Assembly (NCBI GenBank): GCA_046263195.1
Contig: JBHELG010000084.1
Location: 4,855 to 68,854 of the forward strand
Length of the DNA stretch: 64,000 nucleotides
Direction of reading: 5' to 3'
Source: Nitriliruptorales bacterium
GTDB taxonomy: Bacteria > Actinomycetota > Nitriliruptoria > Nitriliruptorales > JAHWKO01
Position numbers and translations under genes: made by a program. Below the pieces are notes generated by a model. The model was not told where the DNA came from. It was given only the letters and a program-made list of their open reading frames with translations, and ran no database searches. Shown piece by piece: positions 1-9,400 of the stretch; position 1 is the stretch's first letter, and each line of letters opens with the position of its first letter.

Positions 1-40
1 CCACGAACGGGGTCTCGCCCGGGCCCGGGCGAAAAGGGAA

Positions 41-778
41 GTGCACCATCGCCTCGAACGCCGTCGGCGAAGGGTCACCGTCGGCGTCGTCGGCCTTCTT
101 GTGCTCCTGCTCGTCGTGACGCTGATCCTGTCCGTCTTTCCCCCGAGCAGGGATGCGCCCACGCTCGAAGACCAGCGAGCGGAGGCCTCTGCGGGAGCCT
201 CCAGCGCTGTCGCCTGCGCTGCTGGCCGTCCCGAGTCAGCCGGGCGCGAGCGCCGTCAGTACGCCGCGCCGGAAGAAGTCCTTCAGCCCACCACTGACTA
301 CCGGGCGCGTATCGTCACCTCCTGCGGCACCATCGTCGTCGACCTTTACGAGGACCGCACGCCGAGGACCGCCAATAGCTTCGCCTTCCTCGTGCGAGAG
401 GGCTTCTACGACGGCACCATCTTCCATCGCGTGGAGCCCGGCTTCGTCATCCAGGGCGGGGATCCGACGGGTACCGGTCAAGGGGGCCCCGGCTACGAGG
501 TCGAGGACGAACTCGCCGTAGCCCGACAGGAGGGCTATCCGGCCGGCACGCTTGCCATGGCAAACAGCGGACCCAACACGAACGGGTCCCAGTTCTTCAT
601 CACGCTCGGGCAGGTGGGGCAGCTGGCCCCCAACTACACGGTCTTCGGGCGGGTCCTACAAGGTATGGACGTCGTCCATCGCATAGGCGGTCTCCTGGTT
701 CATCGTGATCCTCGGAGCGGACTCCAGGTTCCCGACGAGGTCGTCTATGTCGAGACGATCACGATCGAGGCCGCCTGA
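41..778 (+). CDS. Cyclophilin-type peptidyl-prolyl cis-trans isomerase with N-terminal membrane anchor
   Basis: Motifs FHRVEPGFVIQGGDPTGTG, GTLAMANSGPNTNGSQFFI and YTVFGRV. Basic patch followed by a hydrophobic helix (VTVGVVGLLVLLLVVTLILSVF) at the N-terminus. Confidence 0.9.
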   Translation: MHHRLERRRRRVTVGVVGLLVLLLVVTLILSVFPPSRDAPTLEDQRAEASAGASSAVACAAGRPESAGRERRQYAAPEEVLQPTTDYRARIVTSCGTIVVDLYEDRTPRTANSFAFLVREGFYDGTIFHRVEPGFVIQGGDPTGTGQGGPGYEVEDELAVARQEGYPAGTLAMANSGPNTNGSQFFITLGQVGQLAPNYTVFGRVLQGMDVVHRIGGLLVHRDPRSGLQVPDEVVYVETITIEAA

Positions 779-844
779 CCGCGTTCCTCCCCGCCCCGGG
801 CTCCTTCCCCGCAATGAAGGCCCACGAGCAGTCCAAGAAAGGGA

Positions 845-1366
845 TTGACGGTGTCTCAGACCTATCCTCAACCTCCCGAACTGGAGATCGATCCACGCCG
901 GCCGTACTCGGCGACGATGGAGACGTCCACGGGCACGATCCGGCTCGATCTGTATGCCGCCGAAGCCCCACGGACGGTCAACAACTTCGTGTTTCTCGCG
1001 CGCAACGGCTTCTACGAAGGGGTGCTCTTCCATCGGGTCATCGCGGGCTTCATGATCCAGGGAGGCGACCCGACCGGTACCGGCCGAGGTGGTCCCGGCT
1101 ACCGCTTCGAAGACGAACTGGATCTCGCTCGGCGCCATGGCTATCCCCGTGGCACCCTCGCCATGGCCAACGCCGGGCCTAATACCCAGGGATCGCAGTT
1201 CTTCATCGTGCACGAGGACGCGCCTCTGTCGCCGGACTACACCGTCTTCGGGCGGGTTGTCGAGGGCCTGGAGGTAGTCGATGCGATCGCGACATCGCCC
1301 ACCGACCGCAACGACCGTCCACTCGAGGACGTCCGAATCGAGGGAGTGAGGATCCACGAGTCCTGA
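845..1366 (+). CDS. Cytoplasmic cyclophilin-type peptidyl-prolyl cis-trans isomerase
   Basis: FHRVIAGFMIQGGDPTGTG, GTLAMANAGPNTQGSQFFI, YTVFGRV; no signal peptide. Confidence 0.93.
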   Translation: MTVSQTYPQPPELEIDPRRPYSATMETSTGTIRLDLYAAEAPRTVNNFVFLARNGFYEGVLFHRVIAGFMIQGGDPTGTGRGGPGYRFEDELDLARRHGYPRGTLAMANAGPNTQGSQFFIVHEDAPLSPDYTVFGRVVEGLEVVDAIATSPTDRNDRPLEDVRIEGVRIHES

Positions 1367-1390
1367 GCATCAACGGCGGCAACGGGGGCT

Positions 1391-1921
1391 GTGAGCGTGC
1401 ATGAGCAGCAGCAGCAGGCTGGCCTCGAGCCACGCCGCTCGGAAGGGGTCAGGTTCGCCCGCACCATGACCCGACTCGACGCCAACCTCATCGGTTGCGT
1501 GGACGGCGGCGTCATCATGAAGGAGGTGGATATCGCGGCGGGTATCGCCGCGGCGCGGCATGCGGGACGCGTCTGTGTAACGGCCGCAATCGACGAACTG
1601 AGCTTCTTCGAACCAGTCCACGTCGGCGACGTCGTCATCGTCCATGCCCGCGTGAACGATGCGGGCAAGACATCGCTCGAGGTCGGGGTGCGAGTCGAGG
1701 CTGAGCCGTGGCGTGGTGGCGAGCGGCGCCACACGACGAGCGCCTACCTGGTCATGGTTGCGCTCGATGACCAAGGCCGTCCCGCTGACGTTCCCCCGCT
1801 GCTCGCCATGGGTGAGAAAGAGCAGCGCCGGCAAGAACAGGCACGCATCCGCCGTCAGATCCGAAAGGAGCGGCTCGAACGGCTTGGCAGCTACGGGCCT
1901 GGCCCCGATCGAGCGCGCTGA
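1391..1921 (+). CDS. Acyl-CoA thioesterase (hotdog fold, YciA-like)
   Basis: DANLIGCVDGGVIMKEVD, VTAAIDELSFFEPVHVGD and VMVALDDQGRP motifs. Confidence 0.88.
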   Translation: MSVHEQQQQAGLEPRRSEGVRFARTMTRLDANLIGCVDGGVIMKEVDIAAGIAAARHAGRVCVTAAIDELSFFEPVHVGDVVIVHARVNDAGKTSLEVGVRVEAEPWRGGERRHTTSAYLVMVALDDQGRPADVPPLLAMGEKEQRRQEQARIRRQIRKERLERLGSYGPGPDRAR

Positions 1922-2060
1922 CGCTCCGAACTCCTGGTCTGCTGCGACTGCCCTGTGGCTTGCCCCGGGGGAGCTGGCTGCGAATACCAGTCCGCTGACC
2001 GAATCTGCGTCGTGCCGGAGCAGGCGCCTGAACGAGGGGAGGCCTTCGAAACTACCTTCC

Positions 2061-2447
2061 CTATTTGTCCTCCCCGGGCCAGGGCGGCAGGTCCTCGAGA
2101 CGGACGGTGTCCGGCTTCACCCCGCGGTCGTAGTCGCGCATCCGCTTCGGATAGCCGATCTTCGCCGCGTCGTAGAGGGGCGCCCCGTGCTTCTTGCACA
2201 CCGCCTGAGCCTGACCTCGATCCCTCACCGGCCGCCGCAGGTACTCTCCGTCGCTGGCTACCAGCAGCAAAGTTGTCGAGTAGACGGCGGTCTTCGGTTC
2301 AAGATAGCCCTCCACACCTTGGCGGGTACGGATGAACTCTTCGAGTTCCTTGATGCCCCTGTCGAAGCTCGGGCCACCACTCCTCCCAGGAGCCGCTCGT
2401 CGGGTCTCTCCTTTGAACCATGCGCGGAGGCGCTCACGGAAGTTCAC
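2061..2447 (-). CDS. Conserved actinobacterial hypothetical protein
   Basis: VEGYLEPKT...LLLVASDGEYLRRP...PLYDAAKIGYPKRMRDY resembles a recurrent small actinobacterial family (recalled, not searched). Confidence 0.7.
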   Translation of the reverse strand: MNFRERLRAWFKGETRRAAPGRSGGPSFDRGIKELEEFIRTRQGVEGYLEPKTAVYSTTLLLVASDGEYLRRPVRDRGQAQAVCKKHGAPLYDAAKIGYPKRMRDYDRGVKPDTVRLEDLPPWPGEDK

Positions 2448-2756
2448 GAGGCGATCCGACGAGGAATCCGGCCGGGACTACGGGCTCTGCGACCGTGACG
2501 CGGGCGTGGAGACGACGGCGGACAGGTAGTTAGCGGCGGGCGCAAGGGGCGCTGCGCGCAAAGTCGTCCGGCCGCCTCCACGTGGAGGGCCTCGACCTTA
2601 CGCTCGCCCATGACCTCCTCTCAGGGCGTGACCGACGCCTGAGGCTACCAAGAAGGGACGAGACTCGTCTGGCCCGCCCGACTCGCTACGGTGCCGGTAA
2701 AGTCAGCGCTAGATAGTGCTGGGAGCTACCTGGGGACTCACGCGACCGAGGGAGGG

Positions 2757-5057
2757 ATGTTCGACTGGCGTAGCGCGTTGCTTCGGCGCCTCGCCCGGCG
2801 CTTCCACATCGGGGAAGACGTCGTCCGACACCTGTCGACGTTCCAGCGACTGGGTGAGCGGTTCGAGATACAGCCCCCGAGCGAGATGCTTCCCGTAGGG
2901 GCTCGGACGCTTCTGCGGGCTCTGCGCACCCGCGGAGCGGCTCAGATCCGGCCGGAATGGGTGTGGCCGTTCTGGCTCGAGCGTCAACTCGACCCGACCT
3001 CGGTCGACTTCGTGCCTCGGGGTCATCTCCCGTTCGCAGCGAACGTCACCCATCGCAACTGGACGGCGGTCGGCAACCTCGACTCGGCCTGGGAGGCGAT
3101 CGTCGATCCGAGCGGACTCGTCACCCCGATGCCGGACTCCTGGTCCGTCGACTGGTGGATACGTGAGGCCGACCGATGGCATCTACCCAGCCGCGCCAGC
3201 GATTTGCGCCAGACGCTGGTCGATAGTACTCCCATGCTGGAGACGACCCTACGGCTCGACAACGGCGCAGCCGTGCATCGCGTCTATGCAGTAGAGCTCG
3301 GGACCGGCGAGTTCGTCATAGTTGAGGTCCTCAACCGCTGCTCGGTTCCCCTGGAAGTGGCCTTTGCCCTGCGCCCCTACAACCCCGAGGGCCTGGCAGT
3401 GGTCCAAGAGGTCGAGGTCACCGGGGACGTGGTGATTGCCGATGAGCAGGAAGCACTGGTACTGCTCGCGCCGCCCCTCGGAGGGGTGGCATCCACGTAC
3501 CACCTTGGCGATGCGTTCCACGCCCTTCTCGCCGGGCATGTCAGGCAGCCTCCGCTCAAGGTGAACGACCCATCAGGACTTGCCCATGCTGCCGTTGTCT
3601 ACGCGGTGGAAGCGGGTGGAGTGGTGAAGGTCGGCCTCCCGCTGCCGCCTCGTTCTGGCCTCAGGGCGATGGATTCCGAGCGGGGGCGCGTGCGGGTGTC
3701 GCGACCCGAACCCCATGAGCTGCCCGAGGCGGTAGACGTCGTGTCACGGTGGGCTCGCAAGCTCGATCAGGGGCTTGGGGTGCGGTTGCCCGATGACCGT
3801 CTCCAGCAGGCGGTGGACGCGAACCGTTGCTACCTGCTACTGCTCCACGATCCCGGCGACATCACGGCCGGTCCCTCCACCTACCACCGCTTCTGGTTCC
3901 GCGACGCCGCCTACCAACTCGTCGCCCTCGATCGCTGGGGCTTCCACGCCGAGGCGGCCGACGTGCTCGCCTCGTACCCCGACCGTCAGCACGCGGACGG
4001 CTTCTTCTACAGTCAATGGCGGGAATGGGACGCGAATGGGGCGGCGCTGTGGGCGATTGCCGAACATCATCGGCTCACCGAGGACAACGAGCTCATCGAT
4101 CGTCTCCTGCCATCCTTGAGGCAGGCGGTCAACTGGATCGAGCGCATCCGCAGCAGGGGTTGGGGGGGTAGCCCGGAACTCGAGGGCCTACTGCCGGCAG
4201 GCGTCTCTGCCGAGCATCTCGGCCCCTTCGACTACTACTACTGGGACGACTTCTGGTCCCTTCGGGGCCTGCTGGACGGGGCGTATCTCGCCCGTGCCCG
4301 CGGTGAGCAGCGGTCAGCTGCCAGGATCGAGGCCGCAGCGGAGCGCTTCCGCCAGAACATTCTCGATTCGATCGCCACCACCCGGTCCCGCACGAATGCA
4401 ACGGTCATCCCCGCCGGCCCTCATCGGGGTATCGACGCGGGCATGATCGGATCCCTGGCCGCCTGCTCACCGCTCGGCCTCCTCGCGGCCGACGACCCCT
4501 GGATCGTGGGGACACTCGAACTTATTCGTGAGCGCTTCTGCGTCGGGGACGCCTTCTACCAGTCGATCTCGCACACCGGTCTGGGCACGTACCTCACGCT
4601 CCAGCTTGCCGCGGTCGAACTCGAAGCTGGAGACCTACGGAGCTGGCGCCGTCTCGCCTGGTTGTTGGGAGCGGCCACGTCGACGTTCACTTGGCCGGAG
4701 GCGATCCACCCCCAGCTCGGAGGAGGGTGCATGGGAGACGGTCACCATGGGTGGGCGGCCGCGGACTTCTTGAACTTCGTGCGCAACGTACTGGTCTCTG
4801 ACACCCGCGACGGCGTGACCGCGGCGCTCAGCCTGCTGCCGCCGGAGTGGATGGGACGAGAGGTCGAGGTTCGCGAAGCGCCAACTCACGCCGGGCGGCT
4901 GTCGTACCGACTGAGCTGGGACGGCGTGCGGCCCGTGCTGACCTGGGAGTGGACGAGTGGCGGGGGCGTGCTGACAGCACCCGGACTGGACCCGAGCTGG
5001 AGCAGCACCGACCCTGCCGGCGAAGCTGTCCTGGCCAGGGTGGCGACACCTCATTAG
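2757..5057 (+). CDS. Large six-hairpin glycosidase-like protein (GH15/amylo-1,6-glucosidase-like fold), substrate unknown
   Basis: ATG 2757 follows GGAGGG, in frame with ORF 2691-5057. Motifs FWFRDAAY, EWDANGAALW, YYYWDDFWSLRG and HGWAAAD are typical of (alpha/alpha)6 glycosidases. Confidence 0.68.
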   Translation: MFDWRSALLRRLARRFHIGEDVVRHLSTFQRLGERFEIQPPSEMLPVGARTLLRALRTRGAAQIRPEWVWPFWLERQLDPTSVDFVPRGHLPFAANVTHRNWTAVGNLDSAWEAIVDPSGLVTPMPDSWSVDWWIREADRWHLPSRASDLRQTLVDSTPMLETTLRLDNGAAVHRVYAVELGTGEFVIVEVLNRCSVPLEVAFALRPYNPEGLAVVQEVEVTGDVVIADEQEALVLLAPPLGGVASTYHLGDAFHALLAGHVRQPPLKVNDPSGLAHAAVVYAVEAGGVVKVGLPLPPRSGLRAMDSERGRVRVSRPEPHELPEAVDVVSRWARKLDQGLGVRLPDDRLQQAVDANRCYLLLLHDPGDITAGPSTYHRFWFRDAAYQLVALDRWGFHAEAADVLASYPDRQHADGFFYSQWREWDANGAALWAIAEHHRLTEDNELIDRLLPSLRQAVNWIERIRSRGWGGSPELEGLLPAGVSAEHLGPFDYYYWDDFWSLRGLLDGAYLARARGEQRSAARIEAAAERFRQNILDSIATTRSRTNATVIPAGPHRGIDAGMIGSLAACSPLGLLAADDPWIVGTLELIRERFCVGDAFYQSISHTGLGTYLTLQLAAVELEAGDLRSWRRLAWLLGAATSTFTWPEAIHPQLGGGCMGDGHHGWAAADFLNFVRNVLVSDTRDGVTAALSLLPPEWMGREVEVREAPTHAGRLSYRLSWDGVRPVLTWEWTSGGGVLTAPGLDPSWSSTDPAGEAVLARVATPH

Positions 5058-5093
5058 GGGCTTTACGAAGGCTCCCCTTCACTCGGCGTAAGG

Positions 5094-5756
5094 TCAGCCC
5101 CGACGACGACGGACCACCCAGAACGCGATCGAGGCACCGCCGGCGGTCAGGAGCATCGCGAGCGTCTTCAGCCACCCTGAGATTCGGCTCTCCGTCTTCT
5201 CACTCTTGGTCCGGTGCGACATGCCCTCACAGATGAAGGCGTCCACCTCCATCCCGAGCTCGGAGACGGCGGAGTTCAGCGCCGCCTCGACTTTGTAGCC
5301 GGACCTGGCCTCTGGCTCGAGCGACTCGAACAGCTCACGTCGCACCGCCCGCTCACCGGTGAGCTGCGGCAGAAGGTGGAGGAAGATCGGGTTGAGAAGA
5401 GACCCCCGGTCGAACAGCCCACAGGACATGCCGGCTTCGCCCTCGAGCACAGGACGAGCGAGCCGATCGACATGGTCGGGCTGCAGGCCGGTCAGATCAG
5501 CGTCGAGAAAGACAAGCACCTCGGCGTCGGTTGCGGCCACCCCAGCGGCCATCGCCTGGCCCTTGCCTCCCTCCGAATGGGAGACGAGGCGGGCCCCGTG
5601 CTCCTCGGCCACCTCAGTCGTGCCGTCGCTCGAGCCGTTGTCTACGACGATCACCTCGTCGACCCGGCTCGCGCTCTTCGCCACATCGACCACCTCGCCG
5701 ACCGTCGCTTCCTCGTTGTAGGCGGGGATGATGACAGCAACGCGCTCGTCGCTCAT
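5094..5756 (-). CDS. Glycosyltransferase family 2
   Basis: VIIPAYNEE, VIVVDNGSSDGT, GKGQAM and the DxD motif FLDADL. Confidence 0.87.
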   Translation of the reverse strand: MSDERVAVIIPAYNEEATVGEVVDVAKSASRVDEVIVVDNGSSDGTTEVAEEHGARLVSHSEGGKGQAMAAGVAATDAEVLVFLDADLTGLQPDHVDRLARPVLEGEAGMSCGLFDRGSLLNPIFLHLLPQLTGERAVRRELFESLEPEARSGYKVEAALNSAVSELGMEVDAFICEGMSHRTKSEKTESRISGWLKTLAMLLTAGGASIAFWVVRRRRG

Positions 5757-5832
5757 TTATCCTCTCCGTCGCTGTCGTAGGCGCCCTAAGACAGCTCGTC
5801 TCGCGTCGCTCCTGCGGCCGCTCACGGCACGA

Positions 5833-6255
5833 TCAGGCCTCGTCGGGCGGGCGACCGTCCTCGACCAGCTCGACGAGGACCCCACCCGTCCCCTTCGGGT
5901 GGATGAAGGCGACTTGATGCCCACCTCCGCCAGGTCGTGGCCGTTCGTCGATGACTCGAACACCGAGTCTCTTGAGATGTTCGAGCGCCTCTGCCACCGA
6001 CCCTACGGCGAAGCCCACATGGTGAAGTCCTGGCCCGCTCCGGGCGAGGAAGCGGGCGACCGTGGATTGTTCGCTTGTTGGTGCGATGAGTTGGATGTAG
6101 CCGTCTCCGACCGCGAGCATGGCCTCCTCGACCTGGTCGCTTGCGACAACCTCCCGACGGTGCAGCGCGGCCCCGAAGGCCTGCTGCCAGAAGTCGATGG
6201 CGGCATCGAGATCCGTCACTGCAATGGCGACCTGATCGATGCGGTTCAGCTTCAC
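5833..6255 (-). CDS. mce: Methylmalonyl-CoA epimerase (VOC family)
   Basis: GTG start at 6255 with a GGAGG RBS. IQLIAP, GLHHVGF and AFIHPKGTGGVLVELVE. Divergent from thiolase-meaB, a usual actinobacterial arrangement. Confidence 0.88.
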   Translation of the reverse strand: MKLNRIDQVAIAVTDLDAAIDFWQQAFGAALHRREVVASDQVEEAMLAVGDGYIQLIAPTSEQSTVARFLARSGPGLHHVGFAVGSVAEALEHLKRLGVRVIDERPRPGGGGHQVAFIHPKGTGGVLVELVEDGRPPDEA

Positions 6256-6403
6256 GTCCCCTCCTCCGAGTTCACCCTTGCTCGGGCGGCCAGACCTCAT
6301 CGTGCCGGGTGGGGCGAGGACACGGCACCACCTGGCCGTCCGTCCGACGGTCACCCCTGCCGTTGAAGGCTCCCCCTACCATGAGGTTTTGAGCCAGGAA
6401 ATT

Positions 6404-6439
6404 CTGTCCCGCCCGCGGTCTTGGCCGAGCCTTGACCGC
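6404..6439. repeat. Short copy of the dispersed hairpin repeat family (reverse orientation)
   Basis: CTGTCCCGCCCGCGGTCTTGG (6404-6424) matches the reverse complement of the 3' end of the 19764 copy at 19 of 21 nt. Stem GCGGTC 6415-6420 / GACCGC 6434-6439. Confidence 0.7.
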
Positions 6440-6468
6440 TCGCAATTCGAAACGCGAAGGAGCGCACA

Positions 6469-7656
6469 GTGACCACGGAGACCGTCATCGTTGGCTACGC
6501 CCGCACACCGATCGGCAAGTTCGGCGGTGGCTTCAAGCCGCTGTCCGCGATGGACCTGGGGGCCGAGGCGATCAAGGCTGCACTCGATCGCGCCGGCGTC
6601 TCCCCCGAGCAGGTCGGCTACTGCATCATGGGCCACGTCATCCAAGCCGGCCAGGCGGAGATCACCTCGAAGCAGGCGGCGGTGAGCGCCGGGCTGCCCA
6701 TGGAGGTCCCCTGCACGACCACGAACAAGGTATGTCTGTCGGGCATGACGGCCATCGCCGAGGCAGACCGCCACATCCGCGTCGGTGACTTCGACATCGT
6801 CGTCGCCGGAGGGATGGAGTCGATGACGAACGCCCCTTACCTCCTCCCCGAGGCCCGCTTCGGCTACAAGAGGGGCTCAGGCGAGATCCTCGACGCGATG
6901 ATGTGGGACGGGTTGACCGATCCCTTCGAGCACAAGCCGATGGGGGCGGTCAGCGACCCCCCGAACGAAGAGCTCGGGATCAGTCGCGAGGATCAGGACG
7001 AGTTCTCGGTCGAGTCCCACCAGCGCGCCGCCGACGCCTGGAAGAACGGCCGCTTCGAGGGGGAGGTCGTCCCCGTCGAGGTGCCGCAGGACAAGGGCGA
7101 CCCCCAGACGGTGGACCAGGACGAGGGCTTCCGCTCGGACGCGTCGCTCGACACCATGAGCAAGCTGCCGGCTGTCTTCACCCAGGACGGCACGATCACC
7201 CCCGGCAACTCCTCCCAGGTCTCCGACGGCGGCGCGGCCGTCGTGCTGACGACCCGGGAGAAGGCCGAAGAACTCGGGCTCACCCCGCTCGCTACCATCA
7301 GAGGCTGGGCCACCACGGCCGGACCGAAGAACTGGCTGCACAATCAGCCCGGTGACGCGATCCAGAAGGTCTCGAAGCACCTCGACCTCGACCCGGCCGG
7401 ATACGACCTCTACGAGATCAACGAAGCCTTCGCCGCGGTCGTGATCCAGGCGATGCGCGACCTCAACATCTCCCGGGACAAGGTGAACGTGAACGGCGGA
7501 GCCGTCGCCATCGGTCACCCCATCGGGTGCACGGGCACCCGTATCGTCGTCACGCTCCTGCACGAGCTGCACAATCGGGGCGGCGGCCGGGGCGTTGCGG
7601 CCTTGTGTGGCGGTGGCGGTCAGGGAGACGGGCTCGTCATCGAGGTCGAGGGCTGA
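6469..7656 (+). CDS. Acetyl-CoA C-acyltransferase (thiolase)
   Basis: NKVCLSG (active Cys), NEAF, GHPIGCTG and CGGGG motifs. Confidence 0.94.
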   Translation: MTTETVIVGYARTPIGKFGGGFKPLSAMDLGAEAIKAALDRAGVSPEQVGYCIMGHVIQAGQAEITSKQAAVSAGLPMEVPCTTTNKVCLSGMTAIAEADRHIRVGDFDIVVAGGMESMTNAPYLLPEARFGYKRGSGEILDAMMWDGLTDPFEHKPMGAVSDPPNEELGISREDQDEFSVESHQRAADAWKNGRFEGEVVPVEVPQDKGDPQTVDQDEGFRSDASLDTMSKLPAVFTQDGTITPGNSSQVSDGGAAVVLTTREKAEELGLTPLATIRGWATTAGPKNWLHNQPGDAIQKVSKHLDLDPAGYDLYEINEAFAAVVIQAMRDLNISRDKVNVNGGAVAIGHPIGCTGTRIVVTLLHELHNRGGGRGVAALCGGGGQGDGLVIEVEG

Positions 7657-8723
7657 GTGGCCCCAGCGCCCAGGACGATCCGGCCATCCCAAGGCTGATC
7701 CGGGCACTCGAGGACGGTGAGCGGCGCGCGGTGGCGCGTCTGCTCACCGTCATCGAAGACGGGAGCTACGAGCAGCTCGGGGAGGTCGTGCGCGGCCTCT
7801 ACCCCCGCACCGGCAAGGCTCGAGTCGTCGGCATCACGGGAGCTCCGGGGGTCGGCAAGTCGACGCTGACGAACGCGCTCGCCGCCAAGCTCCGCAAACG
7901 AGGTCGTGCGGTGGCCGTCGTGGCAGTCGATCCCTCCTCTCCCTTCTCCGGGGGGGCCCTGCTCGGCGACCGGGTACGCATGCAGTCGCATCACGCCGAC
8001 CCTGGCGTCTTCATCCGGTCCATGGCCGCGCGGGGGCACCTCGGAGGCATCGCCCTCGCGACCCCGCAGGCGGTGCTCGTCCTCGATGCGGCCGGATACG
8101 ACGACGTCGTCATCGAGACCGTGGGGGTCGGGCAGTCCGAGGTCGAGGTCGCCTCGACCGCCGACTCGACCGTCGTTTGCCTCGCCCCCGGCATGGGCGA
8201 TTCCATACAGGCTGCGAAGGCGGGGATCCTCGAGGTTGCCGACGTGTTCGTCATCAACAAGGCCGACCAGGGGGGGGCGGGCAAGACCGAGTCCGAGCTG
8301 CGATCGATGCTCGAGCTGGGACATGAGCTCGGCGGGAACGGCTGGTGGCCGCCCATCGTCCGCACGGTTGCGGTACGGGGGGAAGGGCTCGACGACCTGG
8401 TGACGGCCCTCGAAGAGCACCGCGCGTACCTGGTGAGCAGCACGCGACTGCTCGAACGGCAACGACAGCGCGCCCGCCACATCGTCCGCGAGATTGCCAC
8501 CTCGAACGTCCGCCAACGCTTCGAAGGCCTCACGTCCAGTGAGGAGAACGATGAGCCCCTGCTCCGGGCTCTGGCAGAGAAGGTAGCCAGTAGGGAGCTC
8601 GACCCTTATACGGCCGCCGACCAGCTTCTCGACTCGCTGAGCAGGAGCGAGGGGGAGCGCCGGCCGCAGGCCGGCAGGCGGCAGGGTGGTATGGGATACC
8701 TCGACGCGAAGGCGGACGGCTGA
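7653..8723 (+). CDS. meaB: MeaB/ArgK GTPase chaperone of methylmalonyl-CoA mutase
   Basis: GITGAPGVGKST, AVDPSSPFSGGALLGDRVRM, IETVGVGQSE and NKAD. Start uncertain; a CTG at 7653 overlapping the thiolase stop is proposed. Confidence 0.9.
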   Translation: MSGPSAQDDPAIPRLIRALEDGERRAVARLLTVIEDGSYEQLGEVVRGLYPRTGKARVVGITGAPGVGKSTLTNALAAKLRKRGRAVAVVAVDPSSPFSGGALLGDRVRMQSHHADPGVFIRSMAARGHLGGIALATPQAVLVLDAAGYDDVVIETVGVGQSEVEVASTADSTVVCLAPGMGDSIQAAKAGILEVADVFVINKADQGGAGKTESELRSMLELGHELGGNGWWPPIVRTVAVRGEGLDDLVTALEEHRAYLVSSTRLLERQRQRARHIVREIATSNVRQRFEGLTSSEENDEPLLRALAEKVASRELDPYTAADQLLDSLSRSEGERRPQAGRRQGGMGYLDAKADG

Positions 8724-9400
8724 TGGACGTCACCCCGGGCTCGATAGTCGTCTACTCCGACGTCAGCTGTCCTTGGGCTCACCTCTCCGTCGCACGACTC
8801 CATGCTGCCCGCCGCCACCTGGGCCTCGAAGACCGGGTCGCCTTCGACCACCGGGCGTTCCCACTCGAGCTGCACAACCGGAGACCCACCCCATGGCGGA
8901 TCCTCGCCGCGGAGATCCCCGTCATCGGGGCGCTTTCTCCCGAGGCGGGCTGGCAGATGTGGCAGCGGGAGCCTTGGGAGTGGCCGGTGACGACCCTGCT
9001 GGCGCTTGAAGCGGTGCAGGCCGCGAAGGAACAGGGATTGCATGCCAGCGACCGACTGGACCGAGCGCTACGCGTCGCGCTGTTCCGCGACAGCCGCTGT
9101 GTCGCGCTGCGCCATGTCGTCCTGGAGATCGCCGCAGTCACGGAGGGTGTGGACGACGCCAAGCTCCGCGAGACTTTGGACGACGGGCGCGCCCGCAGAG
9201 CCGTCATGGATCAGTTCGAGGCCTCCAGGTCGGAGCAGGTTCTCGGAAGTCCCCATCTATTCCTGCCCGACGGCTCGGAGGTTCACAACCCCGGGGTGGA
9301 GATGCACTGGGAGGGTGAGCACGGGAGCGGGTTCCCGGTCGTTGATTCCGACGATCCCAGCATCTACGAGCGTCTGCTCGAGTCGGCTGCCGAGGCCTAG
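8723..9400 (+). CDS. DsbA/thioredoxin-fold protein (single-Cys CPWA motif)
   Basis: YSDVSCPWAH and VLGSPHLF (cis-Pro loop). TGATG overlap with meaB. Confidence 0.75.
   Translation: MDVTPGSIVVYSDVSCPWAHLSVARLHAARRHLGLEDRVAFDHRAFPLELHNRRPTPWRILAAEIPVIGALSPEAGWQMWQREPWEWPVTTLLALEAVQAAKEQGLHASDRLDRALRVALFRDSRCVALRHVVLEIAAVTEGVDDAKLRETLDDGRARRAVMDQFEASRSEQVLGSPHLFLPDGSEVHNPGVEMHWEGEHGSGFPVVDSDDPSIYERLLESAAEA

Noticed and set aside
1922-2060. Cys-rich reading frame (CCDCPVACPGGAGC..C) after the thioesterase
   Set aside because: No convincing start or RBS, and the frame runs antisense into the next gene; probably chance.
5056-5079. Bidirectional terminator between the glycosidase-like gene and GT2
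   Set aside because: Stem needs a 3-nt bulge and has only 8 pairs; too weak to call.
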